The notes under the pieces: model-generated
Told to the model about the DNA's origin: nothing
What the model saw: only the letters and a program-made list of their open reading frames with translations
Databases searched by the model: none
From: Nitrospirales bacterium
GTDB lineage: Bacteria > Nitrospirota > Nitrospiria > Nitrospirales > UBA8639
Direction of reading: 5' to 3'
Assembly (NCBI GenBank): GCA_021604105.1
Contig: BQIW01000005.1
Coordinates: 12,621-76,620, forward strand
Length of the DNA: 64,000 nucleotides
Program-made: the position numbers and the translations under genes
Shown here: positions 1 to 9,747 of the stretch, piece after piece
Numbering within the stretch: position 1 is the stretch's first letter
Layout of the letters: each line of letters opens with the position of its first letter

Positions 1-274
1 CATGCGAGCCGATCAACGCTACACGTTTAGGAGAAATGCCGGAGTGCTTGATAGCCAACAACGCAGTTTTGGCAAATAGTTCGCCCAGGACCACATTGAG
101 GTGGCAGATCTCCCCTACGGTTCCCTGCTCACAAATTTGTAGAATACGTTGACGAAGCCTGGGGGCATACGGACGGCCAACATGGTTGAGGAGGACACTC
201 TTGAGACGATGTCCAGTTCCTCGAATATTCACGACTGCGGCATCCACCCCATCCGCCGACGTCCCTGACATCAT
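1..274 (-). CDS. anmK: anhydro-N-acetylmuramic acid kinase, N-terminal part (gene runs off the left edge)
   Basis: Reverse translation from the ATG at 274 gives MMSGTSADGVDAAVVNIRGTG..., which carries the MSGTS.DG.D N-terminal signature of AnmK. The frame stays open to position 1. It is absent from the ORF track because it is truncated. Confidence 0.6.
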   Translation of the reverse strand, partial: MMSGTSADGVDAAVVNIRGTGHRLKSVLLNHVGRPYAPRLRQRILQICEQGTVGEICHLNVVLGELFAKTALLAIKHSGISPKRVALIGSH

Positions 275-366
275 CCCCACAACAATCATCCATTATCTCT
301 ATTCATTGGGTTGCACACCCCCCATGGAGTAACAATCGATATGGGATAAGCCTCGCCATGGCCCAT

Positions 367-798
367 CTATCCATTAAATGGTTCCACGGGAGGAGCGACA
401 TGTTTGCCCCGATCCCAGACCATACCAGTCTGTTCTTTATCAGAAAATCCCAACGAAGCATAAAACCCCTGATACCGCCTGGTGCAAAGCCAAAATAACT
501 CCACCCGTGCTAATTTGGGATGCGTTAAAATTTGCTGGATAATTCCTTTACCAATATCCCGATCCTGATAGGCCCGATCCACGATCACATCCCAAATCGA
601 AGCCCGATAGATAAAATCCGTCAACACCCTCCCAAACCCGACGAGTCTTGAGCCATCCCAGGCGGAAATGGCCACATCCGTATGAGCCAGCATGTTTTCA
701 GTGTCATTCAGTGAACGTTGACAAGCCCAATCCGTTTGGCAGAACAATGCCAAAAGCTGTTGCGCCTGAATGTCATGGGAATCCGAAAATTTGATCAT
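367..798 (-). CDS. GNAT-family N-acetyltransferase
   Basis: 143-aa ORF with an acetyl-CoA-binding-type segment (RLVGFGRVLTD...VDRAYQDRDIGKGIIQQIL) typical of GNAT motif A. Confidence 0.7.
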   Translation of the reverse strand: MIKFSDSHDIQAQQLLALFCQTDWACQRSLNDTENMLAHTDVAISAWDGSRLVGFGRVLTDFIYRASIWDVIVDRAYQDRDIGKGIIQQILTHPKLARVELFWLCTRRYQGFYASLGFSDKEQTGMVWDRGKHVAPPVEPFNG

Positions 799-873
799 GC
801 GTTGGCAGATTGTGGCAAGATGTATTACACTAAGTCTACTAAAAATACGTGATAAAAAACTGGAGTCGTGCCG

Positions 874-1053
874 ATGTCGATGTTAGTCAGAAAATGTCCA
901 AAATGCGGTAAGTTATTTTGGAAAAAAGAAGAAGAAATCCAATATGTCGACGAAAATACCTTGAAAGTTGTCTGCAATCACTGTCATCAGACTCTGCGAA
1001 TTCCGCTCATCACAGAAGGCGCCAATGCCGGTGCACCGAAAATGGGACATTAG
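874..1053 (+). CDS. small zinc-ribbon protein
   Basis: Two CxxC pairs (CPKCG ... CNHCH). GGAG lies 8 nt upstream of the ATG at 874; the track ORF starts at the GTG at 868. Confidence 0.45.
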   Translation: MSMLVRKCPKCGKLFWKKEEEIQYVDENTLKVVCNHCHQTLRIPLITEGANAGAPKMGH

Positions 1054-1160
1054 GATTATTAAAAATCCGCCTTCCGGTATCAGAGTTGCACGTTTACCAA
1101 TTCATAGCCAATCGAACATATTCCCCCTTCTCTCTTTTTCATCATTAGATTTTTGACCGT

Positions 1161-1886
1161 ATGCGACACGAGCATTGGGCCGGTTTAGATGTCTGTATTA
1201 CAGGTGGTGTGGATCGCCAAGGGAGCGGCGAGGGACCACTTGTGGTTCTCTTGCATGGATTCGGAGCACCAGGGGATGATTTAGTCGCCTTATGGCGATA
1301 TCTCAATATTCCGGATGAAGTCCGTTTCCTCTTTCCTGCCGCTCCCCTACAATTGGGCATGGGCTTTGGAGACGCCCGAGCTTGGTGGATGCTGGACATG
1401 GAACGCCTCACACAAGCCAGGGCTCAAGGACAGTGGGATGCGTTGTCACAGGAAATCCCTCGTGGCTTGCCCCAGGCCCGTACACTAATGCAGGATCTTC
1501 TCTCTCTTGCCACAGAAACCTTATCCGTACCACCAGCGTCGCTGGTCCTAGGAGGTTTTTCCCAAGGCGCCATGCTGGCAACCGACTTGGCCCTACATAC
1601 CAACATTCCATTCGCAGGCCTGGTACTACTTTCCGGCACCCTCATTGCCAGGCAAGAATGGCTCACTCGCCTTCCCAACCGCCAGGGTCTCCCGGTATTT
1701 CAAAGCCATGGCACCGACGATCCTATTTTATCGTTTTCCATGGCACAGCAACTTCGCGAGCATATCCAAACGGCTGGATTACCCGTCAGTTGGGTAGAAT
1801 TCCGTGGGGGCCATGAAATTCCCCTTGAAGTGTTGCAGGGCCTCGGAGCCTTTCTGCAATCAAGTCTTTATCCTTCTCCACTTTAA
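1161..1886 (+). CDS. alpha/beta hydrolase, phospholipase/carboxylesterase family
   Basis: 241 aa with a GFSQGA nucleophile elbow (GxSxG) and late D/H residues (HGTDD, GGHEI) in the order expected for the family. Confidence 0.7.
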   Translation: MRHEHWAGLDVCITGGVDRQGSGEGPLVVLLHGFGAPGDDLVALWRYLNIPDEVRFLFPAAPLQLGMGFGDARAWWMLDMERLTQARAQGQWDALSQEIPRGLPQARTLMQDLLSLATETLSVPPASLVLGGFSQGAMLATDLALHTNIPFAGLVLLSGTLIARQEWLTRLPNRQGLPVFQSHGTDDPILSFSMAQQLREHIQTAGLPVSWVEFRGGHEIPLEVLQGLGAFLQSSLYPSPL

Positions 1887-2121
1887 AAAAAAATGAGTTT
1901 AAAATTTAGGAGTCAGGAGACAAAAGGAGAACGTCTTCTTCACACCTCACTTCCGATCAAAGCCTTTCTCAACACCGTTGGGGGCAGGACAAAATATCGT
2001 GCCCCCCAAGGAACTATTCGCTCTGAAAAGATTCCAGACCCGCATTGCGCAGAAAATTCTCTCTCCGGTATAGTGGGATCTGAATATCTTATTATTTTTC
2101 ACCAGGATTACAATTTTTCTT

Positions 2122-2370
2122 ATGATGACATTTGAAGAGCTGAGCACTCAACTTCAGCAAGCCTTAGGCGATGCCGAGGTTTCGGTCCTTGATCGAACCG
2201 GTACCATGGACCACTTTACGGTCAAAGTCATTTCCAATGCCTTTGAAGGAAAGAATTTGCTGGACCGTCATCGAATGATTTACCAAGCACTCGACGCGCC
2301 CATGAAAGACGGACGCATTCATGCCCTCGAAATTCAAGCCAAAACCCGCAATGAAGCCCAAGGAGGATAA
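2122..2370 (+). CDS. bolA: BolA-family protein
   Basis: 82 aa with a BolA-like core (FTVKVISNAFEGKNLLDRHRMIYQAL...IHALEI), immediately upstream of a monothiol glutaredoxin. Confidence 0.8.
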   Translation: MMTFEELSTQLQQALGDAEVSVLDRTGTMDHFTVKVISNAFEGKNLLDRHRMIYQALDAPMKDGRIHALEIQAKTRNEAQGG

Positions 2371-2374
2371 ACTT

Positions 2375-2707
2375 ATGAGTTCGCCCATTGAAGACGAAAT
2401 TAAGAGAGAAATCGCCCAACACAAAATTCTCATCTACGGGAAGGGCACCAAGTCTGCGCCACAGTGCGGATTCACCGTGGAGACTATGGAATTTTTTAAC
2501 AAATTCGGTTATCCCTATGAATTGATCAACGCCTTGCCGAATCCTGAAAAACGAGAGGCTCTTTCTAAAATGACCAACTGGCCGACTTTGCCAAAAGTTT
2601 TCATTAATGGCCAGTTTTATGGGGATACGGATGTCTTGGGTCCTATGGAAGAAAAAGGGGAATTGCAGCCACTCTTAAAAGCAGCGTTTCCCGATCAAGC
2701 CACTTGA
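2375..2707 (+). CDS. grxD: Grx4-type monothiol glutaredoxin
   Basis: CGFT active-site motif (APQCGFT) and WPTLPKVFINGQFYGD. AGGAGG lies at 2361-2366, 8 nt before the ATG at 2375; the track ORF (2321) is an upstream extension. Confidence 0.85.
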   Translation: MSSPIEDEIKREIAQHKILIYGKGTKSAPQCGFTVETMEFFNKFGYPYELINALPNPEKREALSKMTNWPTLPKVFINGQFYGDTDVLGPMEEKGELQPLLKAAFPDQAT

Positions 2708-2736
2708 CAATCACACCAAACGTTTCCTGGCACTAC

Positions 2737-2772
2737 AAGGCTCACCTCATTTATAAGGTGGGCCTTGTTTTT
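2737..2772 (+). terminator. intrinsic terminator candidate after grxD
   Basis: 11-bp stem AAGGCTCACCT / AGGTGGGCCTT (one G-U pair) with an 8-nt loop, followed by GTTTTTG. Confidence 0.6.
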
Positions 2773-3107
2773 GTCTCCGACCTTGTCCCTGTCGGAACAC
2801 TCTTCCAGCGAGACCTGACCTTTCCTTTTTCCAGCACGGAAACTACCAATACACCCCAAACGCTTTCTTCATTGATGCCTCTATGAACCCGGTACCTGCT
2901 GCTTGACTCATGGTTTGAATCCGGGAGGGTTATCAAGCATTCTAAGCCGTTCGATCATTTTTCAACCACATATTTTCTCCTGTTGGCCGTAACTCGTTTT
3001 TTTAATTGGGTTTTGGCCATTTGGTCAACCCTTCACGCGTAATCCCTTAAGCATGTTGCCTATTGTCCGATACATTCAACATGGAACCTTTGAGGTAATG
3101 AACAATC

Positions 3108-3896
3108 ATGAAAACTCCCATCTCAGAACCAAGGGCAAAAGCTAAGGGAACATTTAGGGTATTTAGGGCATCCTCAGTCACCTTCATTTGTAATATTTTT
3201 ATTAGTCTAGGAGCATTGACCGGGTCTTCCGCCCTGGGAAGCCATTTAACACTTCCCGGCTCTCAAGACTTGAGTCATGGAGATGAGTCTGATTCTCAGC
3301 CTTTCATCCGGCAACTAGAAAAGATTAACAACTATATCCCCCCTCACACTCAATCTGATCCCAAAAACACCAGCTCATCACACATTGAGAACGCCACTCT
3401 TCCTACCAATCCCCTTTACCCGTCGACCACCGAACTGAAGCCTTTAGGACCTCAACAATCCCCTTCCACTCCATCAAAGAAACCCAGAAAACCCATACAT
3501 ATAGCAGTCCTGCTTCAGAACATTGACACACAAGACCAGACAAAACTGGGATGGCACTCATTGCTAAAGGGTCAGCCGGAAGACGCGATTGCGGCTTATC
3601 AAGAATCCCTCAAAACAGATCCCACATCAGCCGAGGCATATCTCGGCACGGGCATTGCGCTTAAAAGCCTGGGCTTTATTGACCAGGCCAAAGACGCCAT
3701 TCAACATGCGCTTGAAATCAACCCTCATCTCTCTTCAGCACTCGTTCATCTGGGATACCTCTATGTAGATGGTCACATCGGCCATTCAGATCACAAAGCC
3801 GCTCACCGACTTTTCAATCAAGCCTCTCAACTCGGGGATCCATTTGCCGGCATCGCACTCCTAGACCTGCAATCCCGCTCACGGCCGCAATCCTAA
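3108..3896 (+). CDS. TPR/Sel1-repeat protein with N-terminal membrane anchor or signal
   Basis: 262 aa. The C-terminal half shows TPR-like repeats (AIAAYQESLKTDPTSAEAYLGTGIALKSLG..., ALEINPH...) and a Sel1-like end. Confidence 0.55.
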   Translation: MKTPISEPRAKAKGTFRVFRASSVTFICNIFISLGALTGSSALGSHLTLPGSQDLSHGDESDSQPFIRQLEKINNYIPPHTQSDPKNTSSSHIENATLPTNPLYPSTTELKPLGPQQSPSTPSKKPRKPIHIAVLLQNIDTQDQTKLGWHSLLKGQPEDAIAAYQESLKTDPTSAEAYLGTGIALKSLGFIDQAKDAIQHALEINPHLSSALVHLGYLYVDGHIGHSDHKAAHRLFNQASQLGDPFAGIALLDLQSRSRPQS

Positions 3897-4034
3897 TATC
3901 TGCGAAACGACTGGGCTTAAGAATGCCATCCCCTATGCCGATGGATTTTTTATGGGCGTGTCATCCATACCATTTTCCATATTCAGGCTGAAACACGGCC
4001 AAACGAAGTGCCCCTCGTAAAGGAGAACGGACAG

Positions 4035-4718
4035 ATGCCAAGAAAGCTTTTTCGGCCACTTCATCATTCCCAGGGCTTTACCTTGGTGGAAATGATCGGG
4101 GTTTTGGCCATCATCGCCATACTGATTGCCTTGTTATTGCCAAAAATTTTCACCCTGATTGCGTCGTCTAAAGCCAGTTCCCTGGCTGCCGCTGTGAGAA
4201 CGTATGAGACCGCCGTCGCAAAGTATTATGGAGATATCGGAACCATCTGGCCTCTCAATGCCGCTGGAACTCCGGCACAAGAGACCGGAGGGAACAGCGC
4301 CACTGCTACCTCTCTTGGAGCGCGTTTAACACTTGACGCCTCCGATCCGTTGAATACCGGAACCAATCAATGGAGCCGATTCCGAGGACCTTACCTAGAG
4401 AAATTCAATACCAATACGCCACCGGGACTGGGCACAACCATGTACATGCCGGCGCAAACGGCAGTTGCACTCGGGACAGCGACAACAGGGACGAATGTCG
4501 GATGGGATCTGAAGGGTGATGATGGCAACAGCGATCTCCCCACTGGAGCCAGAGTGGCCTATCTCAGAGTCGACGGAATTTCCGATACGGAATTCAATGA
4601 AATTGATGGAGTCATCGATGCCGGTATCGGTGCAAGCTTAACCGAACGCCAATTACGCGGACGCGTGAAATACAACCCGGGCAATGATCGCATGTATATT
4701 TATCTTACCCATCAATAA
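4035..4718 (+). CDS. type IV pilin / pseudopilin (prepilin-type N-terminal cleavage/methylation domain)
   Basis: Canonical G|FTLVEMIGVLAIIAILIALLLP motif after a short basic leader. AAGGAG lies about 10 nt upstream of the ATG at 4035; the track start (4008) is a GTG extension. Confidence 0.8.
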   Translation: MPRKLFRPLHHSQGFTLVEMIGVLAIIAILIALLLPKIFTLIASSKASSLAAAVRTYETAVAKYYGDIGTIWPLNAAGTPAQETGGNSATATSLGARLTLDASDPLNTGTNQWSRFRGPYLEKFNTNTPPGLGTTMYMPAQTAVALGTATTGTNVGWDLKGDDGNSDLPTGARVAYLRVDGISDTEFNEIDGVIDAGIGASLTERQLRGRVKYNPGNDRMYIYLTHQ

Positions 4719-4848
4719 TTCCCATCCTCGTTCATTGAGGGATGATTGAGAAAATCCCAACAATGGCTGTGCTCCCTCCTCCTATACGTTCCTTACAGGC
4801 GAGCACCCATTTGCTGTCACCCATAAACTTCTCCTAGCAGTCCGGCCT

Positions 4849-6537
4849 ATGCCAACCGCACCCACGCCACCAGCAGCCGCGCGGCCTCTCCTCGGAACCT
4901 CCCTTCTCCAAGACGGTTGGATCACTCAAGAACAATTGGACTTGGCGGTCCGGGAGACGAAGAGAAAAGGGGTGATGCTCGGCCAAACGCTCATTGGCCT
5001 GGGATTCATTACCGAAAAAGTCCTGGCCCATTATCTGGCTGAAGGCACCCAAACCGGCTTAGTCGACCTCTCCACAATCTTCATCCCACCGGACATTATC
5101 AATCTCATTCCCTACGACATCGCCACCCAATTTCAAGTCCTCCCTCTTGGCAAACAGGGGAATGTATTGAACCTGGCCATGGCGGATCCGTTGAATATTG
5201 TCGCGGTGGATACCATTGAAAGTCGCATCGGGCTCAATGTCCACACCCACACGGCCCCTGCCCAAGAGTTAATTGAAGCGATCGAGCGGCACTATGCGCA
5301 CCGGGAATCCATTAAGCAACTGCTTGATGAATTAATGGTCAAAGGGATCTCGGATCTCGGGGAAGACGGGAGCCGGGTGGCGCCGATGATTCGCTTGTGC
5401 AATCAACTCATTACCGCCGCGATTCAATCACGGGTCACCGATATCCATGTCGAGCCGGATGAGTACTATTTACGAGTCCGAATGCGCATTGACGGCATTC
5501 TCACACAAGAAATTCTCATTCCAAAACCGCTTCAAGCGCCCATTACCGCTCGGTTTAAACTCATGGCCAATCTTGATCTCACAGAAAAACGGACTCCCCA
5601 GGACGGCCGCATCCCCTTTACGTTAGGCACTCGCCGGATTGATCTTCGTGTGTCGACTCTTCCAACGAATTTTGGAGAAAGCATTGTCCTCCGAATTCTG
5701 GATAAAGGGGCATTGAAATTAGAATTCCTGGCGTTGGGGTTTACACCCAACGACCAATCGCGCATCCAATCCCTGATCCAACGTCCCCATGGCATTATCC
5801 TCGTGACGGGTCCCACAGGGAGTGGAAAGACCACGACGTTATATACGGCCCTCCGTCATGTCGATGCCAAAGAAAAAAGTGTGTTTACACTGGAAGACCC
5901 GATCGAATATCAAATGCCTCTCATTCGCCAAACGCAAGTCAATCCGGACATCGGCATGACCTTTGCGGCCGGACTTCGTGCCCTACTTCGGCAGGATCCT
6001 GACGTCATTCTTGTTGGGGAGATCCGTGACCAGGAAACGGCCGATCTGGCCATGCGCGCGGCCTTAACCGGACATTTGGTTTTTTCCACCCTTCACACCA
6101 ACGATGCGCTGGGAGCCATTCCACGTTTAATCGACATGGGCGTGGAAGCTTTCCTCCTCGCCTCCGCTCTGACCGCCATTATCGGACAACGACTCGTCCG
6201 GTGTATTTGTCATGAATGCAAGGTTGAACGGACAGATGCCGCCACTGTCCTTGCAGATCTTCGAGTGGAATTGCCGGACAACATCCCCCCGACTCTTTGG
6301 ATAGGAAAAGGATGCCACGCATGCGGCCAGACAGGCTATAAAGGTCGAGCAGGTATTTACGAAATTATCCAGACTTCAGAGGAACTCCATGGGCCTATCG
6401 TGCACGGCCCGGATATGGCAGGTATTCGGGCAATTATCCGACGGGATCGAATGCCAACGATGTTTGATGACGGACTCATGAAAGCCCTTCAGGGAATCAC
6501 TACTCTCGAAGAAGTGTTGAGGGTGACCGGTGGCTAA
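4849..6537 (+). CDS. GspE/PilB/MshE-family secretion ATPase with N-terminal T2SSE_N (MshEN-like) domain
   Basis: Walker A GPTGSGKTTT, Asp/His boxes, a tetracysteine motif (CxxC...CxxC), and an N-terminal tandem LGxxLLxxGxI...L motif. Confidence 0.9.
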   Translation: MPTAPTPPAAARPLLGTSLLQDGWITQEQLDLAVRETKRKGVMLGQTLIGLGFITEKVLAHYLAEGTQTGLVDLSTIFIPPDIINLIPYDIATQFQVLPLGKQGNVLNLAMADPLNIVAVDTIESRIGLNVHTHTAPAQELIEAIERHYAHRESIKQLLDELMVKGISDLGEDGSRVAPMIRLCNQLITAAIQSRVTDIHVEPDEYYLRVRMRIDGILTQEILIPKPLQAPITARFKLMANLDLTEKRTPQDGRIPFTLGTRRIDLRVSTLPTNFGESIVLRILDKGALKLEFLALGFTPNDQSRIQSLIQRPHGIILVTGPTGSGKTTTLYTALRHVDAKEKSVFTLEDPIEYQMPLIRQTQVNPDIGMTFAAGLRALLRQDPDVILVGEIRDQETADLAMRAALTGHLVFSTLHTNDALGAIPRLIDMGVEAFLLASALTAIIGQRLVRCICHECKVERTDAATVLADLRVELPDNIPPTLWIGKGCHACGQTGYKGRAGIYEIIQTSEELHGPIVHGPDMAGIRAIIRRDRMPTMFDDGLMKALQGITTLEEVLRVTGG

Positions 6538-7741
6538 TTTTCAGTACCGCGCCATCGACGCCCATGGGAAGCCGATAGAGGGAGAAATGGCGGCGCCGGA
6601 TCTTTTCCACCTGGAACGCCAGCTCCAGGACATGGGACTCTGGCTCGTGCGCACGTTGGAATCCAAACCGAAGTCCCTCGCACGAACCACTCAAAAAAAA
6701 GGGAGAGTCAAACCCCGCGATCTCATGGAATTCTCCACACACATGTTTACCCTCCTCGAGGCCGGCATTCCCCTTACCCAGGCTTTGAAAAGTTTGTCGA
6801 TTGAGACTCCTAACCTTCATTTGCGTTCGACCTTACATGCCATCTTTCAACAAGTCGAGGCCGGAAACACCTTGCATGATGCCATGAAGCAACATCCCAG
6901 GATTTTTCCTCCTCAAATCACCAATCTGGTGCATGCCGGAGAAGACAGCGGCACATTGACCGATACCTTCAAAGAATTAGAACGATATCTGGATTGGCTC
7001 GATCAGATCCGTGGAGACATGCGTCAGGCTACCATTTATCCGAGCATTGTCATGGTCGCAGTGATCGGATTACTGGTGTTGCTCTTTACGTTCGTCATTC
7101 CCCGATTTGTCCCTATCTTGGAAGGTCTGCATGTGCCTCTCCCGAGTATTACCATTCTCATTATTACCCTCAGTGAACTTTTTGTGGGGAGCTGGTGGCT
7201 CTGGAGTTCGTTCCTCCTGCTCGGCCCAATGGTGTGGACCCTGGGGCAAAAATACCTGCCGGGATTCGCTCACTGGCGGGACCGCATGGTCTTACGACTC
7301 CCAGTTCTGGGGGAACTCATCCGTATGCTCACGATATCCAAATTTGTCCAAAACTTTGCCGTCTTGTATCGAGCCGGTATCCCTGTTCTGCAATGCCTGC
7401 AACTGTGCCAGGGATTGGTGGGCAATTCTGTCATGGAACGGGCGCTTCAGGACACGCAGCGCGCCGTGTCCGAGGGCTCCACCATCAATGAATCTTTAAA
7501 CCGTCATCCGGTCTTTCCGCCAATGGTGATTCAAATGATCTCAGTCGGGGAAGCCACCGGGACATTACCCCACACGCTCATGAATGTGGCTCATTATTAT
7601 AATCGGGAAATTCCGCGCAGAATCAAAAAAGTTTTTGGCATTCTCGAGCCTCTGATTACTCTGGGATTAATCGCAATTGTGGGTATCGTCGCACTATCGC
7701 TATTTATGCCCATGATGAGTTTAATGGGTGGAATCCATTGA
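6530..7741 (+). CDS. GspF/PilC-family inner-membrane platform protein
   Basis: 403 aa with a MANFQYRAID start, two T2SSF-type repeats and three TM segments. It overlaps the upstream ATPase gene by 8 nt. Confidence 0.9.
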   Translation: MANFQYRAIDAHGKPIEGEMAAPDLFHLERQLQDMGLWLVRTLESKPKSLARTTQKKGRVKPRDLMEFSTHMFTLLEAGIPLTQALKSLSIETPNLHLRSTLHAIFQQVEAGNTLHDAMKQHPRIFPPQITNLVHAGEDSGTLTDTFKELERYLDWLDQIRGDMRQATIYPSIVMVAVIGLLVLLFTFVIPRFVPILEGLHVPLPSITILIITLSELFVGSWWLWSSFLLLGPMVWTLGQKYLPGFAHWRDRMVLRLPVLGELIRMLTISKFVQNFAVLYRAGIPVLQCLQLCQGLVGNSVMERALQDTQRAVSEGSTINESLNRHPVFPPMVIQMISVGEATGTLPHTLMNVAHYYNREIPRRIKKVFGILEPLITLGLIAIVGIVALSLFMPMMSLMGGIH

Positions 7742-8541
7742 CAGGCAACCTGAGCCACACCGGCGTTGCCTTACCTTCCCCGCTCCGCCGCTGGAATGCC
7801 TCTGACCCGGAAGCCGGAACGACCCTCATTGTTTTTATCGGCCTGTTGGCGATTCTATCTATAGGGCTCGCTGTTGTGTCGCCCTCCATGGTCAGAGTCT
7901 GGGATCCAACGAGTGAAGACCGTGAAATCCGTGATCTTCAGCTCATCGCCAACGGAATCATCTCGTATCTTCGACAGAACCACGCGTTCCCCTCTTCGTT
8001 ACTCATCCTTTCCCCTGACTTTGTGCCATTGCCTCAGGCCCGAATGACGCGAAACGCACGAGGATTTCCCCGCTATTATTCGGTGCATCCCTCCATAACC
8101 GGATTCCAAAACTCGACGGGACTGACTGGCGGTGAACTCGGCAATGCCCGGTTTCTTCTCATATCCAATCTCGCACAAGATGCGGCCACGGCCATCACCA
8201 CACCCGTCTCCTTTGAAACCTGGTGGAACATGAATGACAGCACGACTCCTCCGCTCATAATTCATCGTGGAACGGTCAGCCATCTTTTTTATATGGTAGA
8301 CCTTATCCCCAAGGGAAATGGCGGAAGTTTTTCCATTGACCACCAACCAACTCATTCCAACGGCGCTCTTCTTCCAACACATAGCCGCTTTCACCTTCTG
8401 GGCACCGAAATCGGTTTGGACGAGGACAATAACTACAACACCCCTGATTTTGAGTTCTCTCTTACCACCAATACCGGTTATTGGTTCGACCCTTTGTGCG
8501 TCGCCACCAAACGATGGAATCCTCTGCCTCCGCCCTGTTAG
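7738..8541 (+). CDS. pilin-like protein with non-canonical N-terminus (paralog 1)
   Basis: TTG start overlapping the gspF stop. It has an N-terminal hydrophobic helix (AGTTLIVFIGLLAILSIGLAVV) but no Glu at +5. The C-terminal ~190 aa align with the next gene (FPRYY/FLRYY, ETWW, IHRG.V.HLF, terminal Cys pair). Confidence 0.55.
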   Translation: MTGNLSHTGVALPSPLRRWNASDPEAGTTLIVFIGLLAILSIGLAVVSPSMVRVWDPTSEDREIRDLQLIANGIISYLRQNHAFPSSLLILSPDFVPLPQARMTRNARGFPRYYSVHPSITGFQNSTGLTGGELGNARFLLISNLAQDAATAITTPVSFETWWNMNDSTTPPLIIHRGTVSHLFYMVDLIPKGNGGSFSIDHQPTHSNGALLPTHSRFHLLGTEIGLDEDNNYNTPDFEFSLTTNTGYWFDPLCVATKRWNPLPPPC

Positions 8542-8741
8542 GCGGAAAGATTCTCGAGACGTTCTCGCTCCCTGACGCGGCAAAAAATGACTGCTCTCCC
8601 ACCTCCCTAACCTGACCTCCGGCTGATCGTCCCGCCCCCTGAGGTCCTCGCAAACCCGCCATGATCATTTGAAAAATTTAAGAAAATTAAGATTGGCTTT
8701 TTAAACACCGAAAGAAGGGTTGGTGGACTACCAGGCGGGAT

Positions 8742-9743
8742 ATGCCCGATGGAGAGAAGAGCACTCACACGCACCACCGAGACAAAAACCACGCTGAGAA
8801 AGAGCAAAACGGGATCGGACTCATGACGCGACGCAATGACTTTCCCACTCAGGCCATAAGGCTCCAAATAACCTCATTCGCATTCCAGACAGGCTGGCGT
8901 CCCGGCACCGGCCTCCAGTTCACTCAGTGCGGTACCCGGAACACGGTTCAAAGAATAGACCGGAAAATTTTCGGAATATTTGAGGCCTCACGCTGTCTAT
9001 CTACACATGGATTTACCCTTGTGGAAATGATTGGCGTCATGGCAATTCTCGCCATTCTTGCCAGCCTCATTGCGCCAAACGTGATCAATCAACTGGCCGC
9101 AGCGAAGCGGGATGCCGAGGATGAACAATTGGCGACAATCGCCCGAGGCATTGAACTCTACGTTCGGCAGACCCGTTCATTTCCGGCAACACTTACCACG
9201 CTGAGTCCGGATTATGTCGCGGCCTCGCTGGGACAACTCACCACGAACCCGAACGGATTTCTCCGCTATTACTTCGTGCAACCCAACATCAGTGGGTTCA
9301 CCAACGCCACAGGTCTCCCCACGACCGCCCTGGCCGACGCACGATTTATGGTCATTACCCATCTGTCCCAAAATGTGAATCCCTCCATTACCACGGATGC
9401 CGACTTTGAAACCTGGTGGAGCACTGATGAAACAGGAACACCGAATCTGAAAATTCATCGCGGGCACGTTGGTCATTTATTTCATCTCCTCAGCCTCTCC
9501 TCCAATGGAGCCGGAGGCAGTTACGCGGTCGATGGGAGCTCGACTGATTCCGGTAGCGGGACGCTTGTTCCGCACAGTCGCTATCACGTCTCGGGAACCA
9601 CGGTTAGTTTGGACGAAGCGAATACATTTAGTGATCCGGAAACACAATTCACCCTGACCAGCGAAGCCGGGTTTCAATTCGACCCCGACTGTGCGGCAGG
9701 ATCCAAATGGCGAATCAACAGTAGCGGTTGCTATAGCCCCTAA
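8742..9743 (+). CDS. prepilin-type protein (paralog 2); start codon uncertain (8742 or 8823)
   Basis: Canonical HGFTLVEMIGVMAILAILASLIAPNVI at aa 88-115 of the track ORF. The C-terminal domain is paralogous to 7738..8541. Confidence 0.65.
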   Translation: MPDGEKSTHTHHRDKNHAEKEQNGIGLMTRRNDFPTQAIRLQITSFAFQTGWRPGTGLQFTQCGTRNTVQRIDRKIFGIFEASRCLSTHGFTLVEMIGVMAILAILASLIAPNVINQLAAAKRDAEDEQLATIARGIELYVRQTRSFPATLTTLSPDYVAASLGQLTTNPNGFLRYYFVQPNISGFTNATGLPTTALADARFMVITHLSQNVNPSITTDADFETWWSTDETGTPNLKIHRGHVGHLFHLLSLSSNGAGGSYAVDGSSTDSGSGTLVPHSRYHVSGTTVSLDEANTFSDPETQFTLTSEAGFQFDPDCAAGSKWRINSSGCYSP

Positions 9744-9747
9744 TATT

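Noticed and set aside
3912-3927. TGGGCT-TAAGA-ATGCC upstream of the pilin gene as a sigma54 promoter, since pilin genes are often sigma54-dependent.
   Set aside because: The GG-N10-GC spacing is correct, but both hexamers are weak (GGGCT, ATGCC). No activator gene or upstream element accompanies it. I could not distinguish it from chance.
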